From an uncultured Pseudomonadales bacterium (GTDB lineage Bacteria; Patescibacteriota; Microgenomatia; UBA1400; UBA1396): a stretch of DNA of 64,000 bases. The stretch is from assembly GCA_964511175.1 (NCBI GenBank), contig CAZEEI010000001.1, forward strand, positions 147,187-211,186, read 5' to 3'. A model generated the notes under the pieces. The model was given only the letters and a program-made list of their open reading frames with translations, did no database searches and had not been told where the DNA came from. Shown piece by piece: positions 47,093 through 57,733 of the stretch (the first letter of the stretch is position 1; each line of letters opens with the position of its first letter). A program made the position numbers and the translations under genes.

Positions 47093-47353
47093 TTGCGGTA
47101 CGCTATCGCCAGTATGGCAAAACTTCGATCCGACGAAAACATTTTGCAACAGATTGGTACACCGCCCAAGCATGATAATCCCCACCATGCCAGTATGCAC
47201 AGTCATCGACAGCGGGCGGCGGCTAGTTTAGGTGATGAAGATTGGTTGGATGAGGTCGAACAGGGTGTGCAGATTAAAACGCCGATTAAAGGTGTAACCC
47301 GTTTAGGACAAAAGCGGTATCGTGCTCCTAAACCAGCAGCGGACGAATTTTAG
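47093..47353 (+). CDS. hypothetical protein
   Basis: ORF only. Confidence 0.3.
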   Translation: MRYAIASMAKLRSDENILQQIGTPPKHDNPHHASMHSHRQRAAASLGDEDWLDEVEQGVQIKTPIKGVTRLGQKRYRAPKPAADEF

Positions 47354-47401
47354 CCCCAATTTATTTTTTCCGACACTAACGAGTTTCCTATAGAAGGCAT
47401 A

Positions 47402-47647
47402 GTGCACGAGCTGCAAGCGGATGGTTTTATTAGTTCGCATAGAGCGCTCACTACTGAACAATGGGTTTGGTTGGCCAACCGCGGGCCAATTTCCGCAGCC
47501 GAAATGCAGCGGCGTGGCCAAAGTGTGGAAGATACGGTGGGTGTTTATGCCAATGCCGAAACTCCAGATAGTCGCCTGGACGGTGAGAAACGGCAATGGG
47601 TTGTTGACTGGGAAAGACGCGGCCACGTTCGGGTTGAGGGCGATTAG
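47402..47647 (+). CDS. hypothetical protein
   Basis: ORF only. Confidence 0.3.
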   Translation: MHELQADGFISSHRALTTEQWVWLANRGPISAAEMQRRGQSVEDTVGVYANAETPDSRLDGEKRQWVVDWERRGHVRVEGD

Positions 47648-47685
47648 TTGTTTTAGCAGTGATTTTGTTTCATACTAGCGTCATT

Positions 47686-48168
47686 ATGAGGAATTGGTCT
47701 AGGCTATTGTTGTCGATAGTTGGTTGCGAGCTAGTAGGTTTGGTCGGTACCCCGTTTACGGCCGCCGCTATCCCGAGTTGGTACGTTTTTCTGGTTAAAC
47801 CAGTGTTTGAGCCGCCCAGCTGGATATTTGCGCCGGTCTGGACGATTTTATACGCTTTGATGGGTATCTCTTTTTACTTAATCTGGCAGCGCGCTGGGCG
47901 GCGCGGCCGACGCTCACTCCGCTACCAGGTGGCCGCGCACTATTTTGGCGGTCAATTACTGCTCAACCTCACGTGGTCGCTGGTTTTCTTTGGCCTGCAC
48001 TCGCCGTTTTTGGGTCTCGTGAATATTGTAGCGCTCTGGGGTCTGATTATTCTCACCATTGAACATTCCCTACCCCTGTCCAAATGGGCTGGTTACCTAC
48101 TAATCCCCTACTTAGCGTGGGTTAGTTTTGCCGCCATCTTAAATGCAGCGATCGTGGTGCTCAATTAA
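47686..48168 (+). CDS. tspO: TspO/MBR tryptophan-rich sensory protein
   Basis: 5-TM pattern with Trp-rich loops typical of TspO. Confidence 0.75.
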   Translation: MRNWSRLLLSIVGCELVGLVGTPFTAAAIPSWYVFLVKPVFEPPSWIFAPVWTILYALMGISFYLIWQRAGRRGRRSLRYQVAAHYFGGQLLLNLTWSLVFFGLHSPFLGLVNIVALWGLIILTIEHSLPLSKWAGYLLIPYLAWVSFAAILNAAIVVLN

Positions 48169-48172
48169 TTTC

Positions 48173-50692
48173 CTAAAGTTCATAATGGTGGTAAAACCAG
48201 TGCTTAGCTGCCTCCGTGGTGGCAAAATAACTGAGCAGAACCGCCGCGATCCAACCCCACAAATAGACTGGCAAAGCGGCAAACTCGAATAAGGAGGTGC
48301 CAAACCAGGTCAACGGCAGCACCACTACTCCCAACATGGAAATCGCGCTGAGGATCATTAACTCCCGGCCAGGCATACTACGGTAAAACGGCAACCGGGT
48401 ACGGATCGCAAAAGTGATCAGCATTTCGGAAAGCGAAGACTCCACAAACCAGACTGTCCGGAAGATATCGGTAGGTACATGCCAGACGAAAGCCATTGGC
48501 AGAATCGTGAGTAGGTCAAAGAACGAGCTAATCAGGCCGAAGTACAGCATAAAACGGCCGATGGCTTTAATGTCCCAGTGTTTGGGTTGGCGGACATATT
48601 CCACGTCCACCCGGTCGGTAGTTACAGCAAACAAGGGGATGTCGCTAATGAAGTTGTTCAGCAAAATTTGGGCGGGCAGTAGTGGGATAAACGGCAGAAA
48701 CAAGGAAGACAGCGACATAGTCAGCATATTGCCGTAGTTGGCACTAATGGTGTTAAGGATGTATTTCATGATGTTGCCGAAAGTTTGGCGGCCGGTCTGG
48801 ATACCTTCAGCCAGGACTTGCAGGTCTTTTTCCAACAAAATAATGTCCGCTGCCTCTTTGGCCACGGCCGCGCCACCGTTCACAGCAATGCCTACGTCCG
48901 CTGCCTGGAGGGCTGGGGCATCGTTGATACCGTCGCCTAGAAAGCCGACTACGTGGCCTTCCTTATTTAGTGAGGCGACAATGCGGTATTTTTGTTCCGG
49001 GGTGAGACGGGCAAAAAGCTGGGTTGCCCGCACTTGTTTTTCCCACTGTTCGGTTGGCAGATGATCCAACTCCTCACCGGTCAGGATGTTATCGACGCCA
49101 GCAAAGCCGACTTGTGCCGCCACTTGAGCGGTCACTAATTTACTATCGCCGCTGAGAATTTTCACCTTAACACCCAATTCCCGCAGGGCTGCCAGCGACT
49201 GGGTAGCATCCGGTTTAATTGGGTCGCTAAACAATAAGAAACCCAGGAAGTGACTACCGTTTTCGTCCGTCGCATGGGAATCATCCTTAGTCATTGGTTT
49301 GGTACCAATCCCAATTACCCGGTAACCCTGATTTTCCCAGGTGGTGGTTTGATCCTGAATAGTTTGTCGGTCGTGATCCTTAAGGTTGCAAACTTGTAAC
49401 ATCGATTCAATTGAACCTTTGACGATTAGCGATTTTTGGCCGTCTTTAACCACTAAAACGCTTACGCGGCGCCGTTCAAAATCAAACTCATTTTCATCGA
49501 GCACTTTAAACTTAATTACCTCAGAAGACAGTTGTTGAGACTGACCATAGGTTAAGATGGCTTGATCGACTGGGTTGGTTGTCAGGATGTTGCCGCCTAC
49601 CCAGTCGCCGCTCAAGCACAGCATCGCCTTGATTACTAAGTCTTGGTCTTTTTTCCCGTCTAGATTTTGGTACTCAACTAAACTGAACTCGCCTTTAGTG
49701 AGCGTGCCGGTTTTGTCGGTGCAAAGGGTGTCAATGTTACCCAGGTCTTCCACCGACATCAGTCGTTTAACGATCACCTTCTTTTTAGCAATTTTGAGCG
49801 CGCCGCGGGAGAGGGTAATGGTTGTGATGGCCGGTAATAATTCCGGCGCAATACCCACTGCTAAAGCTACGGCAAAGAGGAATGATGGTAGCAGACCTTT
49901 ATCCAGCCAGGCGTTGACGACAAACACAAAAATCGTCATGACCAGGATAATTTTGAACAGGAATTTACTGAAGTTTCTGGTTTGTTTTTGGAAGGCAGTT
50001 TCGGGGGCCGGCCGGGAGAGCAAAGCAGCAGTTTGGCCGAAGCGGGTGTCGGTACCAACGGCCACGATGATCCCCTCCCCCCGGCCGGCCGCCACGTTAG
50101 TACCCATTAGTACCACGTTAGCTAGGTCAGTTGGCTGGTCAGTAGTCGATGGTGTGGCGTTTTTACCAACCGGCGCCGATTCGCCGGTAAGAATGGATTC
50201 GTTAGTGGTTAGATCGTCGGTACTCAGTAAAACAATATCGGCCGGGACGATGTCGCCCAGGCGCACCTCCACCCAATCGCCGGTCACCAGAGTTTGACTG
50301 TCCACGCTAACCCAAATACCGTCGCGTTTTACCCGTGACTGATGAGCAATGTATTTAGTAAGCTTAGCCAAGGTTCGGCGAGCGTGGTATTCCTGGACAA
50401 AACCGAGGATACCGCTCATGAGAATTAGGCCGGCAATAACTGCGGCTTCCAGGCGTTCTCCCAGAAAAAAGGAGACAGCTGCCGCTGCCAGTAAGGCAAC
50501 CATTAGCCAGTTGCGGAACTGAGCTAAGAAAAGGGAAAGAGCAGGCTCCTCTTTTTTGGCGGTGAAGAGATTTTTACCCGGTTGGCGTTGACGTTCTCGA
50601 ACCGCCCCCGCCGTAAGACCGTCGCGCGAGGTGTCGAATTGGCGCAACAACTCAGTGGCGGATAGTTGGGCGCTGGTTGCTAAGTTGGGCAT
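48173..50692 (-). CDS. P-type cation-transporting ATPase (Ca2+/Mg2+ type IIA/IIIB-like)
   Basis: DKTGTLT phosphorylation motif, GDGINDAPAL hinge, 10 TM helices. Confidence 0.9.
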   Translation of the reverse strand: MPNLATSAQLSATELLRQFDTSRDGLTAGAVRERQRQPGKNLFTAKKEEPALSLFLAQFRNWLMVALLAAAAVSFFLGERLEAAVIAGLILMSGILGFVQEYHARRTLAKLTKYIAHQSRVKRDGIWVSVDSQTLVTGDWVEVRLGDIVPADIVLLSTDDLTTNESILTGESAPVGKNATPSTTDQPTDLANVVLMGTNVAAGRGEGIIVAVGTDTRFGQTAALLSRPAPETAFQKQTRNFSKFLFKIILVMTIFVFVVNAWLDKGLLPSFLFAVALAVGIAPELLPAITTITLSRGALKIAKKKVIVKRLMSVEDLGNIDTLCTDKTGTLTKGEFSLVEYQNLDGKKDQDLVIKAMLCLSGDWVGGNILTTNPVDQAILTYGQSQQLSSEVIKFKVLDENEFDFERRRVSVLVVKDGQKSLIVKGSIESMLQVCNLKDHDRQTIQDQTTTWENQGYRVIGIGTKPMTKDDSHATDENGSHFLGFLLFSDPIKPDATQSLAALRELGVKVKILSGDSKLVTAQVAAQVGFAGVDNILTGEELDHLPTEQWEKQVRATQLFARLTPEQKYRIVASLNKEGHVVGFLGDGINDAPALQAADVGIAVNGGAAVAKEAADIILLEKDLQVLAEGIQTGRQTFGNIMKYILNTISANYGNMLTMSLSSLFLPFIPLLPAQILLNNFISDIPLFAVTTDRVDVEYVRQPKHWDIKAIGRFMLYFGLISSFFDLLTILPMAFVWHVPTDIFRTVWFVESSLSEMLITFAIRTRLPFYRSMPGRELMILSAISMLGVVVLPLTWFGTSLFEFAALPVYLWGWIAAVLLSYFATTEAAKHWFYHHYEL

Positions 50693-50698
50693 AACCGA

Positions 50699-50965
50699 TC
50701 AGCGAGGCGGTTCTCTATCTACCCCGCCCCATTGTTGCTTTCGATTAAAATATTTTTGTAAGCGTTCTCGTATGCCGTCCCAATCGATCATTTCAACCGC
50801 TGGAGTCGGAACTCTACCGCGGCCATAATCATCATCACCGGGGCCGTAAATTTCGGGTGGTTCCAATGGTGTGTCAAGGATCGGGAATTTTTGTACGAGT
50901 GGCCCATACATCGCATTCATTTCAACGTCTGGACCACGATCTTCATGAGGTTCGAGTTCGGACAT
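50699..50965 (-). CDS. hypothetical protein
   Basis: ORF only. Confidence 0.35.
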   Translation of the reverse strand: MSELEPHEDRGPDVEMNAMYGPLVQKFPILDTPLEPPEIYGPGDDDYGRGRVPTPAVEMIDWDGIRERLQKYFNRKQQWGGVDREPPR

Positions 50966-51146
50966 AAGATTCCCTTCTTGCCCTCATTGTATACTAATCA
51001 GCAGGTGGTGCCGCGTTTAGGTAGTTTTTACTTCTTTTCTCGAAATTTTACGATGAAAGTTACTTCCATGTTAAAAAATAGTGTTCGGCGCCAATCAGTA
51101 AGGACTGATATGATACAATCCGATTTATAATGTAGGAGGAAATAAT

Positions 51147-51413
51147 ATGGGTCGGTTAGAGTTTGAAACAGCGATGGCTGGTGCGGCAGACTTGGCCGCA
51201 GCAATGATGCCCACCAAGGAAGAAAATTTAACCTGGAAAGAACTGGCTGAAATATTGGGGGTGCGGCCAAACGCAGCGGGAGATTTTGATGGTGCTACAT
51301 TGGTCAATGCCTGCATGAATGTTCAAAGTAATCCGGCCGTATTAGCCCTATCAGAAAGCGAGCGCCTGCGAGTGATTAGAAGTGCTAGCGCTGCGCTCAG
51401 CAACCTGCTTTAA
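51147..51413 (+). CDS. hypothetical protein
   Basis: ORF only. Confidence 0.35.
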   Translation: MGRLEFETAMAGAADLAAAMMPTKEENLTWKELAEILGVRPNAAGDFDGATLVNACMNVQSNPAVLALSESERLRVIRSASAALSNLL

Positions 51414-51420
51414 AAAAGTG

Positions 51421-51990
51421 TTAGTTTCGATCTCTTAATTTTTCCTGTAAAGGATCAAACAGGGCGAATTCGATGCCGCCCGCGACCGCTTCATCGATGT
51501 TCAGTTGACCGCGCAAATGGGCTTCCTCGTGTTGGTACAGTCGAGCCAAAAAGCCGTCAAACCGCTGCTGTTGTTTTTGGCCTTGTTCGTCGGTCCACGC
51601 CATAATAATCCACTCTGAACGTTCCACGTCGGCGGACATGATGCCGGAACTTAGACATAACTCCCGGTAAAAATTAGTCCGTTTTGATCGTCGAATAATT
51701 TTGGGATTGAGAAAAATCTGGATTTGATCATCGACAAAAGTCACAAACACGGCTTTACTCGCGCCGATTTGTGGCGCGGCCAGACCGCGACCATAGCCCG
51801 TTATTTGACGATAGCGTTGTAGGACATCGCCCAGTTTATGGCCGAGGCGAGCGCCTTCTGTTACGGATACCGCCTGTGTCGGTTGTCTCAAAATCGGATC
51901 GCCGGCATACCTAACAGTGGGGAACTGCCGCAAAATGGTCTGGAATTTTTTCACCTCGTTGGCGAGCTTGCTAAGCATAGTACCTATCAC
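51421..51990 (-). CDS. def: peptide deformylase (variant motif 2)
   Basis: GRGLAAPQIG (motif 1), ELCLS (variant of EGCLS), QHEEAHLRG (HExxH). Confidence 0.7.
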   Translation of the reverse strand: MIGTMLSKLANEVKKFQTILRQFPTVRYAGDPILRQPTQAVSVTEGARLGHKLGDVLQRYRQITGYGRGLAAPQIGASKAVFVTFVDDQIQIFLNPKIIRRSKRTNFYRELCLSSGIMSADVERSEWIIMAWTDEQGQKQQQRFDGFLARLYQHEEAHLRGQLNIDEAVAGGIEFALFDPLQEKLRDRN

Positions 51991-52133
51991 TATATCAATA
52001 TTGGTTGCTTAGTTAATTTGTACATATGTACAAATAAATCGAACAAGCTGATGAGATAGTTACCAAACGTCAACAACTCGCTAAATAAAAGTTTCTGCAA
52101 TCGGCTATTTCAATTATAAAAACCAACCTAATT

Positions 52134-52532
52134 TTACTCGGTTGTCACGCCATCAAAATGTTCTTCGCTAGCCATGGCCTCAGCCTTAGTGGCGCGCACC
52201 ACTTTGTCCTGATGTTCAGCGGGACTATAGATGGTATAAAGCTTAAGCGCTTCGGAATCAGAAGTGTTAATCACGTTGTGTTGGGCGCCCGCCGGGACAA
52301 TCACCGCGTCGCCATCTTTAACCAAGTACTCATGACCATCAATTACACATTTCCCCTGCCCCATTTCGAAACGGAAGAATTGATCGGTGTCGGTATGAAC
52401 TTCCTGGCCAATTTCCTCGCCCGGCAGTAGGCTCATCAGCACTAGTTGGCTGTGTTTGCCGGTGTAGAGCACGCGGCGGAAATCAGTGTTGACCCGCGTG
52501 GCCGCTTCAATACCAGTGAAAAATCCCTGCAT
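52134..52532 (-). CDS. cupin-domain protein
   Basis: Two-His/Glu cupin motifs. Confidence 0.5.
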   Translation of the reverse strand: MQGFFTGIEAATRVNTDFRRVLYTGKHSQLVLMSLLPGEEIGQEVHTDTDQFFRFEMGQGKCVIDGHEYLVKDGDAVIVPAGAQHNVINTSDSEALKLYTIYSPAEHQDKVVRATKAEAMASEEHFDGVTTE

Positions 52533-52581
52533 AAACTATCCCCCTTTATAGAGACATAATAGCTTACTTGGACGGTATTGT

Positions 52582-53781
52582 TTAGTCGATAAACGTTAGC
52601 GCCACGCCGGTATGGTTTAACCGCCCGGTCCGGCCAATCCGATGGATGTAATCCTCGTAAGTTTCCGGCAGTTCGTAGTTAATCACGTGGGTAACTTGGT
52701 CAATGTCCAATCCGCGGGAAGCTACGTCGGTGGCCAACAGAATCTGCACTTCGTTGCGCTTAAAAGCGTTAAGGGCGCGTTGACGCTGGCTTTGCGACTT
52801 ATTGCCGTGAATGGCCGCCGCTTTGAAACCGCGGGCAGCTAAAGTTTGGCTCAGACGTTCCATGCCATGTTTAGTGCGGCCAAAGACCAACACTTTGGCA
52901 AATTCTGGCTGGATCAGTAAATCATGTAAAACATCGATCTTGTTGCGGCCTTTAAGACGAACGATGTCTTGGTCGACGTTTTCCGAAGCGCGCTGGGAGG
53001 CCACTTCCACCGTGACGGGGTCATGGAGGAACTCGCGAGCCACAGCCTTACCGCGGGCAGACATAGTTGCCGAGAAAAACAGCGAGTGCCGTTCGGACGG
53101 TAGTTGGCTGATCAGCTGACGGATATCGTTGATAAAACCCATATCCAGCATGCGGTCCACTTCGTCCAGGACAATGGTATGAAATTCACCCAAGCGGAGA
53201 ACACCGCGGTCGGCCAAATCTTTTAGCCGGCCGGGAGTACCCACCACAAAAGAAGGACGCTGGCGTAACTCGTGAATTTGTCGATTCATATTAACGCCAC
53301 CAATCACCAACGAAAAGTAAATACGTAGGCCAGTAGCCAGGCTTTTACCCTCGTCAACAATTTGGACGGCCAACTCGCGGGTCGGGATCATAATGAGCAC
53401 CTTTTCCGCCGGGTTGTGGATCACTTTATCTAGGAGAGGAATGAGAAAAGCAGCAGTCTTGCCGGTACCGGTCGATGCCAAACCGATCACGTCATGACCG
53501 GCCAAAATCTGGGGAATGACCCGATCTTGAATTGGTGTGGGCGTGGTGTAACCTTTACGCGCAATATTTTGTTGCAGGCTAGATTGCACGGCAAAGTCGG
53601 CAAAGGAGTGCTCGGCCAAGTAGGCTTGTTCAACCAGTGGGGTTGCCTTTTTGATCAACATCTGCGGATTGACGTCCATATACTTGATCCGAAAGGCCGG
53701 ACGTCCACCGCCTGATCGATAATTATGTGGTCGGTGGGTATAGGACCCACGACGCTGATAGTCGCGTGGCGACATAATCAC
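52582..53781 (-). CDS. DEAD-box ATP-dependent RNA helicase
   Basis: Q-motif, GKT (ASTGTGKTAAF), DEVD, SAT, HRIGRTGR. Confidence 0.9.
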   Translation of the reverse strand: MIMSPRDYQRRGSYTHRPHNYRSGGGRPAFRIKYMDVNPQMLIKKATPLVEQAYLAEHSFADFAVQSSLQQNIARKGYTTPTPIQDRVIPQILAGHDVIGLASTGTGKTAAFLIPLLDKVIHNPAEKVLIMIPTRELAVQIVDEGKSLATGLRIYFSLVIGGVNMNRQIHELRQRPSFVVGTPGRLKDLADRGVLRLGEFHTIVLDEVDRMLDMGFINDIRQLISQLPSERHSLFFSATMSARGKAVAREFLHDPVTVEVASQRASENVDQDIVRLKGRNKIDVLHDLLIQPEFAKVLVFGRTKHGMERLSQTLAARGFKAAAIHGNKSQSQRQRALNAFKRNEVQILLATDVASRGLDIDQVTHVINYELPETYEDYIHRIGRTGRLNHTGVALTFID

Positions 53782-53970
53782 TACTTTCTCTTTGACTATT
53801 AGGAAAGATCTCGGGAACAGGATGCGCTCAAAATCTCGCGCCTAGATAGCGTGGTGTAAGCGAACTTACTTCAGTAGTATAACACAGTTTCTGGTAAATA
53901 CTATTATAGGATTAAAACTAGGTTATGATTTAGTCTTTACGAGAACGGTAGTCTTTGTTGTAATGCAGAG

Positions 53971-54720
53971 ATGTTTGCCGAATACCCATATCAGGTTGAT
54001 CTACATTCTCATTCGACTTTTAGCGATGGGAAAAATTCGGCCGAAGCCATGTATCAGCGGGCCGTTGCTCTGCGATTGACCAGCTACGCGCTCACCGATC
54101 ACAACACCCTAACCGGTGTATTGCACTTATTACAACAAAATAATCTACCGATCCGCCGTCATCCTGATGAATACCCTGATTTACCACTACTTGTTCCCGG
54201 TGTAGAGTACTCTTTCCGCAAAGGTCATTTTTTAGCCTTAGGTATCGAGCCGCGCCGGCTGGCTCAACAGTTGGAGAAGTGGCAGATCCCAGCCGGTAGT
54301 ACCCGCTATAAACAGCCGTGGCACAAGATCGAAGATTACCTCCAGTGGACGGTCGATCAGGGTGGTACGGTGATTGCCGCCCACCCCGGTATTCCTCTGG
54401 GTGTGTTGTCGGTAGGCCTGGATAAATTAGTTGAATTATGGGAGAAGGGGCTAATTCAGGGGGCGGAGTTTCATAATGATTCGCTCGAAAGAAAAATGAA
54501 AAACTTTGCCGGCAGAAAAGTTGCTAAACTTTGGTCTCTAATGGTATTGAAGGTTTTAACTGAATATAAGATTCCGGCGTTTGCTTTCAGCGATGCCCAC
54601 CGAGTCGAACATTTAGCCAACTGGTGCACGGTTGTACCAAGTTTAACGGCGGCGTTTGATCTAAAACAATTAGCCGATCCGAGCACACTGCACCAACCCA
54701 GCCGGCTAGCCAAGCGCTAG
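53971..54720 (+). CDS. PHP-domain metal-dependent phosphoesterase
   Basis: VDLHSHSTFSDG N-terminal PHP motif. Confidence 0.65.
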   Translation: MFAEYPYQVDLHSHSTFSDGKNSAEAMYQRAVALRLTSYALTDHNTLTGVLHLLQQNNLPIRRHPDEYPDLPLLVPGVEYSFRKGHFLALGIEPRRLAQQLEKWQIPAGSTRYKQPWHKIEDYLQWTVDQGGTVIAAHPGIPLGVLSVGLDKLVELWEKGLIQGAEFHNDSLERKMKNFAGRKVAKLWSLMVLKVLTEYKIPAFAFSDAHRVEHLANWCTVVPSLTAAFDLKQLADPSTLHQPSRLAKR

Positions 54721-54723
54721 TGT

Positions 54724-55380
54724 CTACTTCCTAAATGTGTTCGCCTGGTGAAGCAGTTTTACCACCTCTTCATCTTCCGTTTGGTCAAATTGTTCATACC
54801 AAGTTCCCACGGCGGCAAAATTAGCGGGTGTGGCTAAACAAACTAGCTGATCAACTTCTTTTTGTAATGCTTGTACTGTGTCGGCTGCGCCAACTGGTGT
54901 CGCCAAAATTAACTGCCGCGGTTGCTGCTTTTTCACCGCGGTGATGGCGCCGCGCGCCGTAATACCGGTGGCCAAGCCGTCATCAACTAAAATGATGGTT
55001 TGGTTCCGTAGCGATGGTAGAGGCCGGCCGCCGCGGTAAACCTGAACTCGGCGCATTAACTCGGTTTTTTCTTGGGAAATCAGGTTGGTAATAGCTGTTG
55101 AGTCGGTTCCCAGGGTTTCGATTAACTCTTGATCCAGAATCAGCGTGTCTCCTTCTGCCACGGCCCCAATGCCAAACTCCGGGTTATTTGGTTCCCCGAT
55201 CTTGCGTACCACGATTACCTCCAGCGGGGCGTGCAGCTTTTGCGCAACCTGGTAGCCCACCGGTACCCCACCACGCGGCAGAGCCAGGATGATGGGTCGG
55301 GCGTCGGCATACTCGGCTAAACGTTCAGCCAGACGGTTGCCAGCCTCAGTACGGTTGCGGAAAAGGATTAGGTCAGCCAT
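54724..55380 (-). CDS. phosphoribosyltransferase-domain protein
   Basis: ILVDDGLATGIT PRPP-binding motif. Confidence 0.65.
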   Translation of the reverse strand: MADLILFRNRTEAGNRLAERLAEYADARPIILALPRGGVPVGYQVAQKLHAPLEVIVVRKIGEPNNPEFGIGAVAEGDTLILDQELIETLGTDSTAITNLISQEKTELMRRVQVYRGGRPLPSLRNQTIILVDDGLATGITARGAITAVKKQQPRQLILATPVGAADTVQALQKEVDQLVCLATPANFAAVGTWYEQFDQTEDEEVVKLLHQANTFRK

Positions 55381-55458
55381 CGTTACTATTTATCCTACTA
55401 CTATCTCGGTAAGACCCAAGGGCTGGCTTCTTAGATTGTCTTAGATTATATTGAAGTA

Positions 55459-55956
55459 ATGACCTTTCCCCTTTTGGGATCACGGGTCCGCCGGTCTCGT
55501 CCGGAAGACGTTGACCAGCTGGCGGACCTCTTTTTTGAGTTTTATACCCGTTTTAATCTGGAGCAGACCTTGTCTGGAGTACCCAAAGAACTAATTCGCG
55601 TGGACAATGCCCGGCAATTTTCGGTCGATACTATTAGTTCTTACTTTACAGCAGACCATTTAATGTTTGTGGCGCAGCAGGGTGCCAAGCTGGTTGGTTA
55701 TATTGCAGGTACAACTAAGGTTGAACCGCATTACGTTTATTCGCCGGAGGCGGAGATTATTGACTGGTTTGTTACGGAAAACAGCCGTAGTCAAGGAGTG
55801 GGGCAACAATTATTCCAGAGTTTTGTCGACGAAGTTAAAGCGCAAGGTTGTAAAGCTTTAGTGCTGGAAGCATTCTCCCAAAATGTCCGCGGCATTCAAA
55901 CCTACGAAAAAATGGGTTTTGTGCAGGATAGTGTGATTCTTAAGAAAATACTGTGA
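55459..55956 (+). CDS. GNAT-family N-acetyltransferase
   Basis: R/Q-x-x-G-x-G/A acetyl-CoA loop (QGVGQQL). Confidence 0.65.
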   Translation: MTFPLLGSRVRRSRPEDVDQLADLFFEFYTRFNLEQTLSGVPKELIRVDNARQFSVDTISSYFTADHLMFVAQQGAKLVGYIAGTTKVEPHYVYSPEAEIIDWFVTENSRSQGVGQQLFQSFVDEVKAQGCKALVLEAFSQNVRGIQTYEKMGFVQDSVILKKIL

Positions 55957-55989
55957 CCGTTTATTTTTTGTGGACAAAACAAGTTTCGT

Positions 55990-56352
55990 CTATGTCAAGA
56001 ACACCACTGGTTTTAGTAGAAGCCGTATTTGTACCCAGCAATAGGTTGCGCCGGCAAAGCTTTGGGGTGGTTTTCCGCAAAATGTTCCCTTGGCGAGATC
56101 ACGACAGGTGCCGCACACCGGTGTACTGTGGGCAATGATACGGTCAAAGGAATGAGGGCGAAAAGGCAAATTAGCTGATCCGGCCACGACTACCGTACCA
56201 GCCTCCCTGAGACGGGTCAAGTTGCCTCCACCGTCACTGCAAACAAAATCCGGACTTAAAATATGAGGTAGGTTGCACTGTATGGCACCAACTTCGCTCG
56301 GTGTTCCCTCCCCGCCCAAAGCCAGCACCATTATTTCACGACTTTGCCGCAT
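55990..56352 (-). CDS. hypothetical Cys-rich protein
   Basis: ORF only; C-terminal CGTC...CG. Confidence 0.3.
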   Translation of the reverse strand: MRQSREIMVLALGGEGTPSEVGAIQCNLPHILSPDFVCSDGGGNLTRLREAGTVVVAGSANLPFRPHSFDRIIAHSTPVCGTCRDLAKGTFCGKPPQSFAGATYCWVQIRLLLKPVVFLT

Positions 56353-56399
56353 GGAACGGAATTGTAATGATGATCGACATTGATGTCAATTAGTTTATT

Positions 56400-57443
56400 T
56401 TAGTTCTCTGTCCGTTCGCACCCGCTATCCCGATTAACCAGTGGGCTATCGATATCTTTTTCGTAGTTTAGAATAAACACCGCATTGGCTGTTTCTAAAT
56501 CGCTCAAACTATCGGTAGAAAAATCAGGATCAACGCTGTACCAGATCTGGTCGGCAAAATAACAGGCCAAATCCTGGTGGACAAACTCCCGGCCATGGCG
56601 AGCGTAGATTTCGTTGCGTGCCACTTTTAGTTCCCAGGGAGACAAATCGGTTAGGTCAGCCTTAGTCACTTTTTTGGTATCAGAAGCAGGCAAAATGTAA
56701 GTAGGCATTCCGGCGTCCTGATCAGAAGGTGGCTCATCTGGCGTGGGCGGCTCAGTGGTAGTCGGTTGATTAAAGGTAGAATCACCCCCCTGATTATCAT
56801 AGGTAGCCACAACCTGGAATTTGGTATTCTCACCATCACTGTCTGTTTCGTCGAAGGTAATCGTGGCGGAGAAATCCGGTTGTTCAATCTTAATCGAAGC
56901 CGTTTGTTGCTTAGTTAAGTGGTTAACGGCTTCTATTTCCCAGTCGTTTAATTTAGCCATGGCCACGTAGTAGTCGTAAATGGTTTGAGCCGAATCAGCT
57001 GAAGTTACTGTGATGTCAAAAGATTCAGGCAGACCGCCTTTATTTGAGACGGCAGTGCTGTTTGGATAGCGGAGACCATCTCTTATTTCTTTTGCTCTTT
57101 TAGTAATGAGGTAAGTGACACCCTCTGGCTCGCTAGTTGGTTGTGGGGAGGCTGATTCGGGAATCGGCTGGGGAGTAGCACTAACCAGCTTGCTGGTGAC
57201 ATTTTTCGGCAAGACTTGTAAAAGGTTGCCACCAAACTGTTGTTCGGCTCGTAATCCCAAGACGATGGCCACGGCCAGCAGGGCTACAAAAATTACGGCC
57301 ATAATTAACCAAGTTGTAGTGGCTGACTGGGTGGTGGTGTCAGCGGCTTCAGTTTCCGTTTCTTTGATGTCCGTTTCAGTTACCACTGGTTCAGTTTTTT
57401 CCTCAATTGCTGAAGTGGTTTTTTTGGCCGAATCTTTTTCCAT
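56400..57443 (-). CDS. membrane-anchored protein with C-terminal YARHG domain
   Basis: Acidic/Thr-rich N-terminus, TM, C-terminal NEIYARHGREF..YF. Confidence 0.55.
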   Translation of the reverse strand: MEKDSAKKTTSAIEEKTEPVVTETDIKETETEAADTTTQSATTTWLIMAVIFVALLAVAIVLGLRAEQQFGGNLLQVLPKNVTSKLVSATPQPIPESASPQPTSEPEGVTYLITKRAKEIRDGLRYPNSTAVSNKGGLPESFDITVTSADSAQTIYDYYVAMAKLNDWEIEAVNHLTKQQTASIKIEQPDFSATITFDETDSDGENTKFQVVATYDNQGGDSTFNQPTTTEPPTPDEPPSDQDAGMPTYILPASDTKKVTKADLTDLSPWELKVARNEIYARHGREFVHQDLACYFADQIWYSVDPDFSTDSLSDLETANAVFILNYEKDIDSPLVNRDSGCERTEN

Positions 57444-57448
57444 ACGCT

Positions 57449-57733
57449 TTACGAAACCTTTCTATTTGGAATAAACACCAACTCTTTATTATCCATAGTC
57501 TGCAGATCTTCAATTTTCAGGTTTGCCAGCGTGACGCCGACCACTAGTTGGGTAACCTTATCCCCTGATTTTCCCTCTACCTTGGTAACAGTGCACTTTT
57601 TATCCTGAATGATGGTTGTCATGCCAGGCATAATTTCGCCGCTAGTCACCTGCCCCATGAGGACAGCTTGCCCCCCAACCGCAAAAACCGACTGCAAACT
57701 GAAATGTGCCGGCCCGGGAGGATTAGTAGGCAT
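57449..57733 (-). CDS. hypothetical protein
   Basis: ORF only. Confidence 0.35.
   Translation of the reverse strand: MPTNPPGPAHFSLQSVFAVGGQAVLMGQVTSGEIMPGMTTIIQDKKCTVTKVEGKSGDKVTQLVVGVTLANLKIEDLQTMDNKELVFIPNRKVS

Noticed and set aside
49575-50297. 240-aa plus-strand ORF
   Set aside because: Antisense to the P-type ATPase gene, whose motifs are unambiguous; a shadow ORF.
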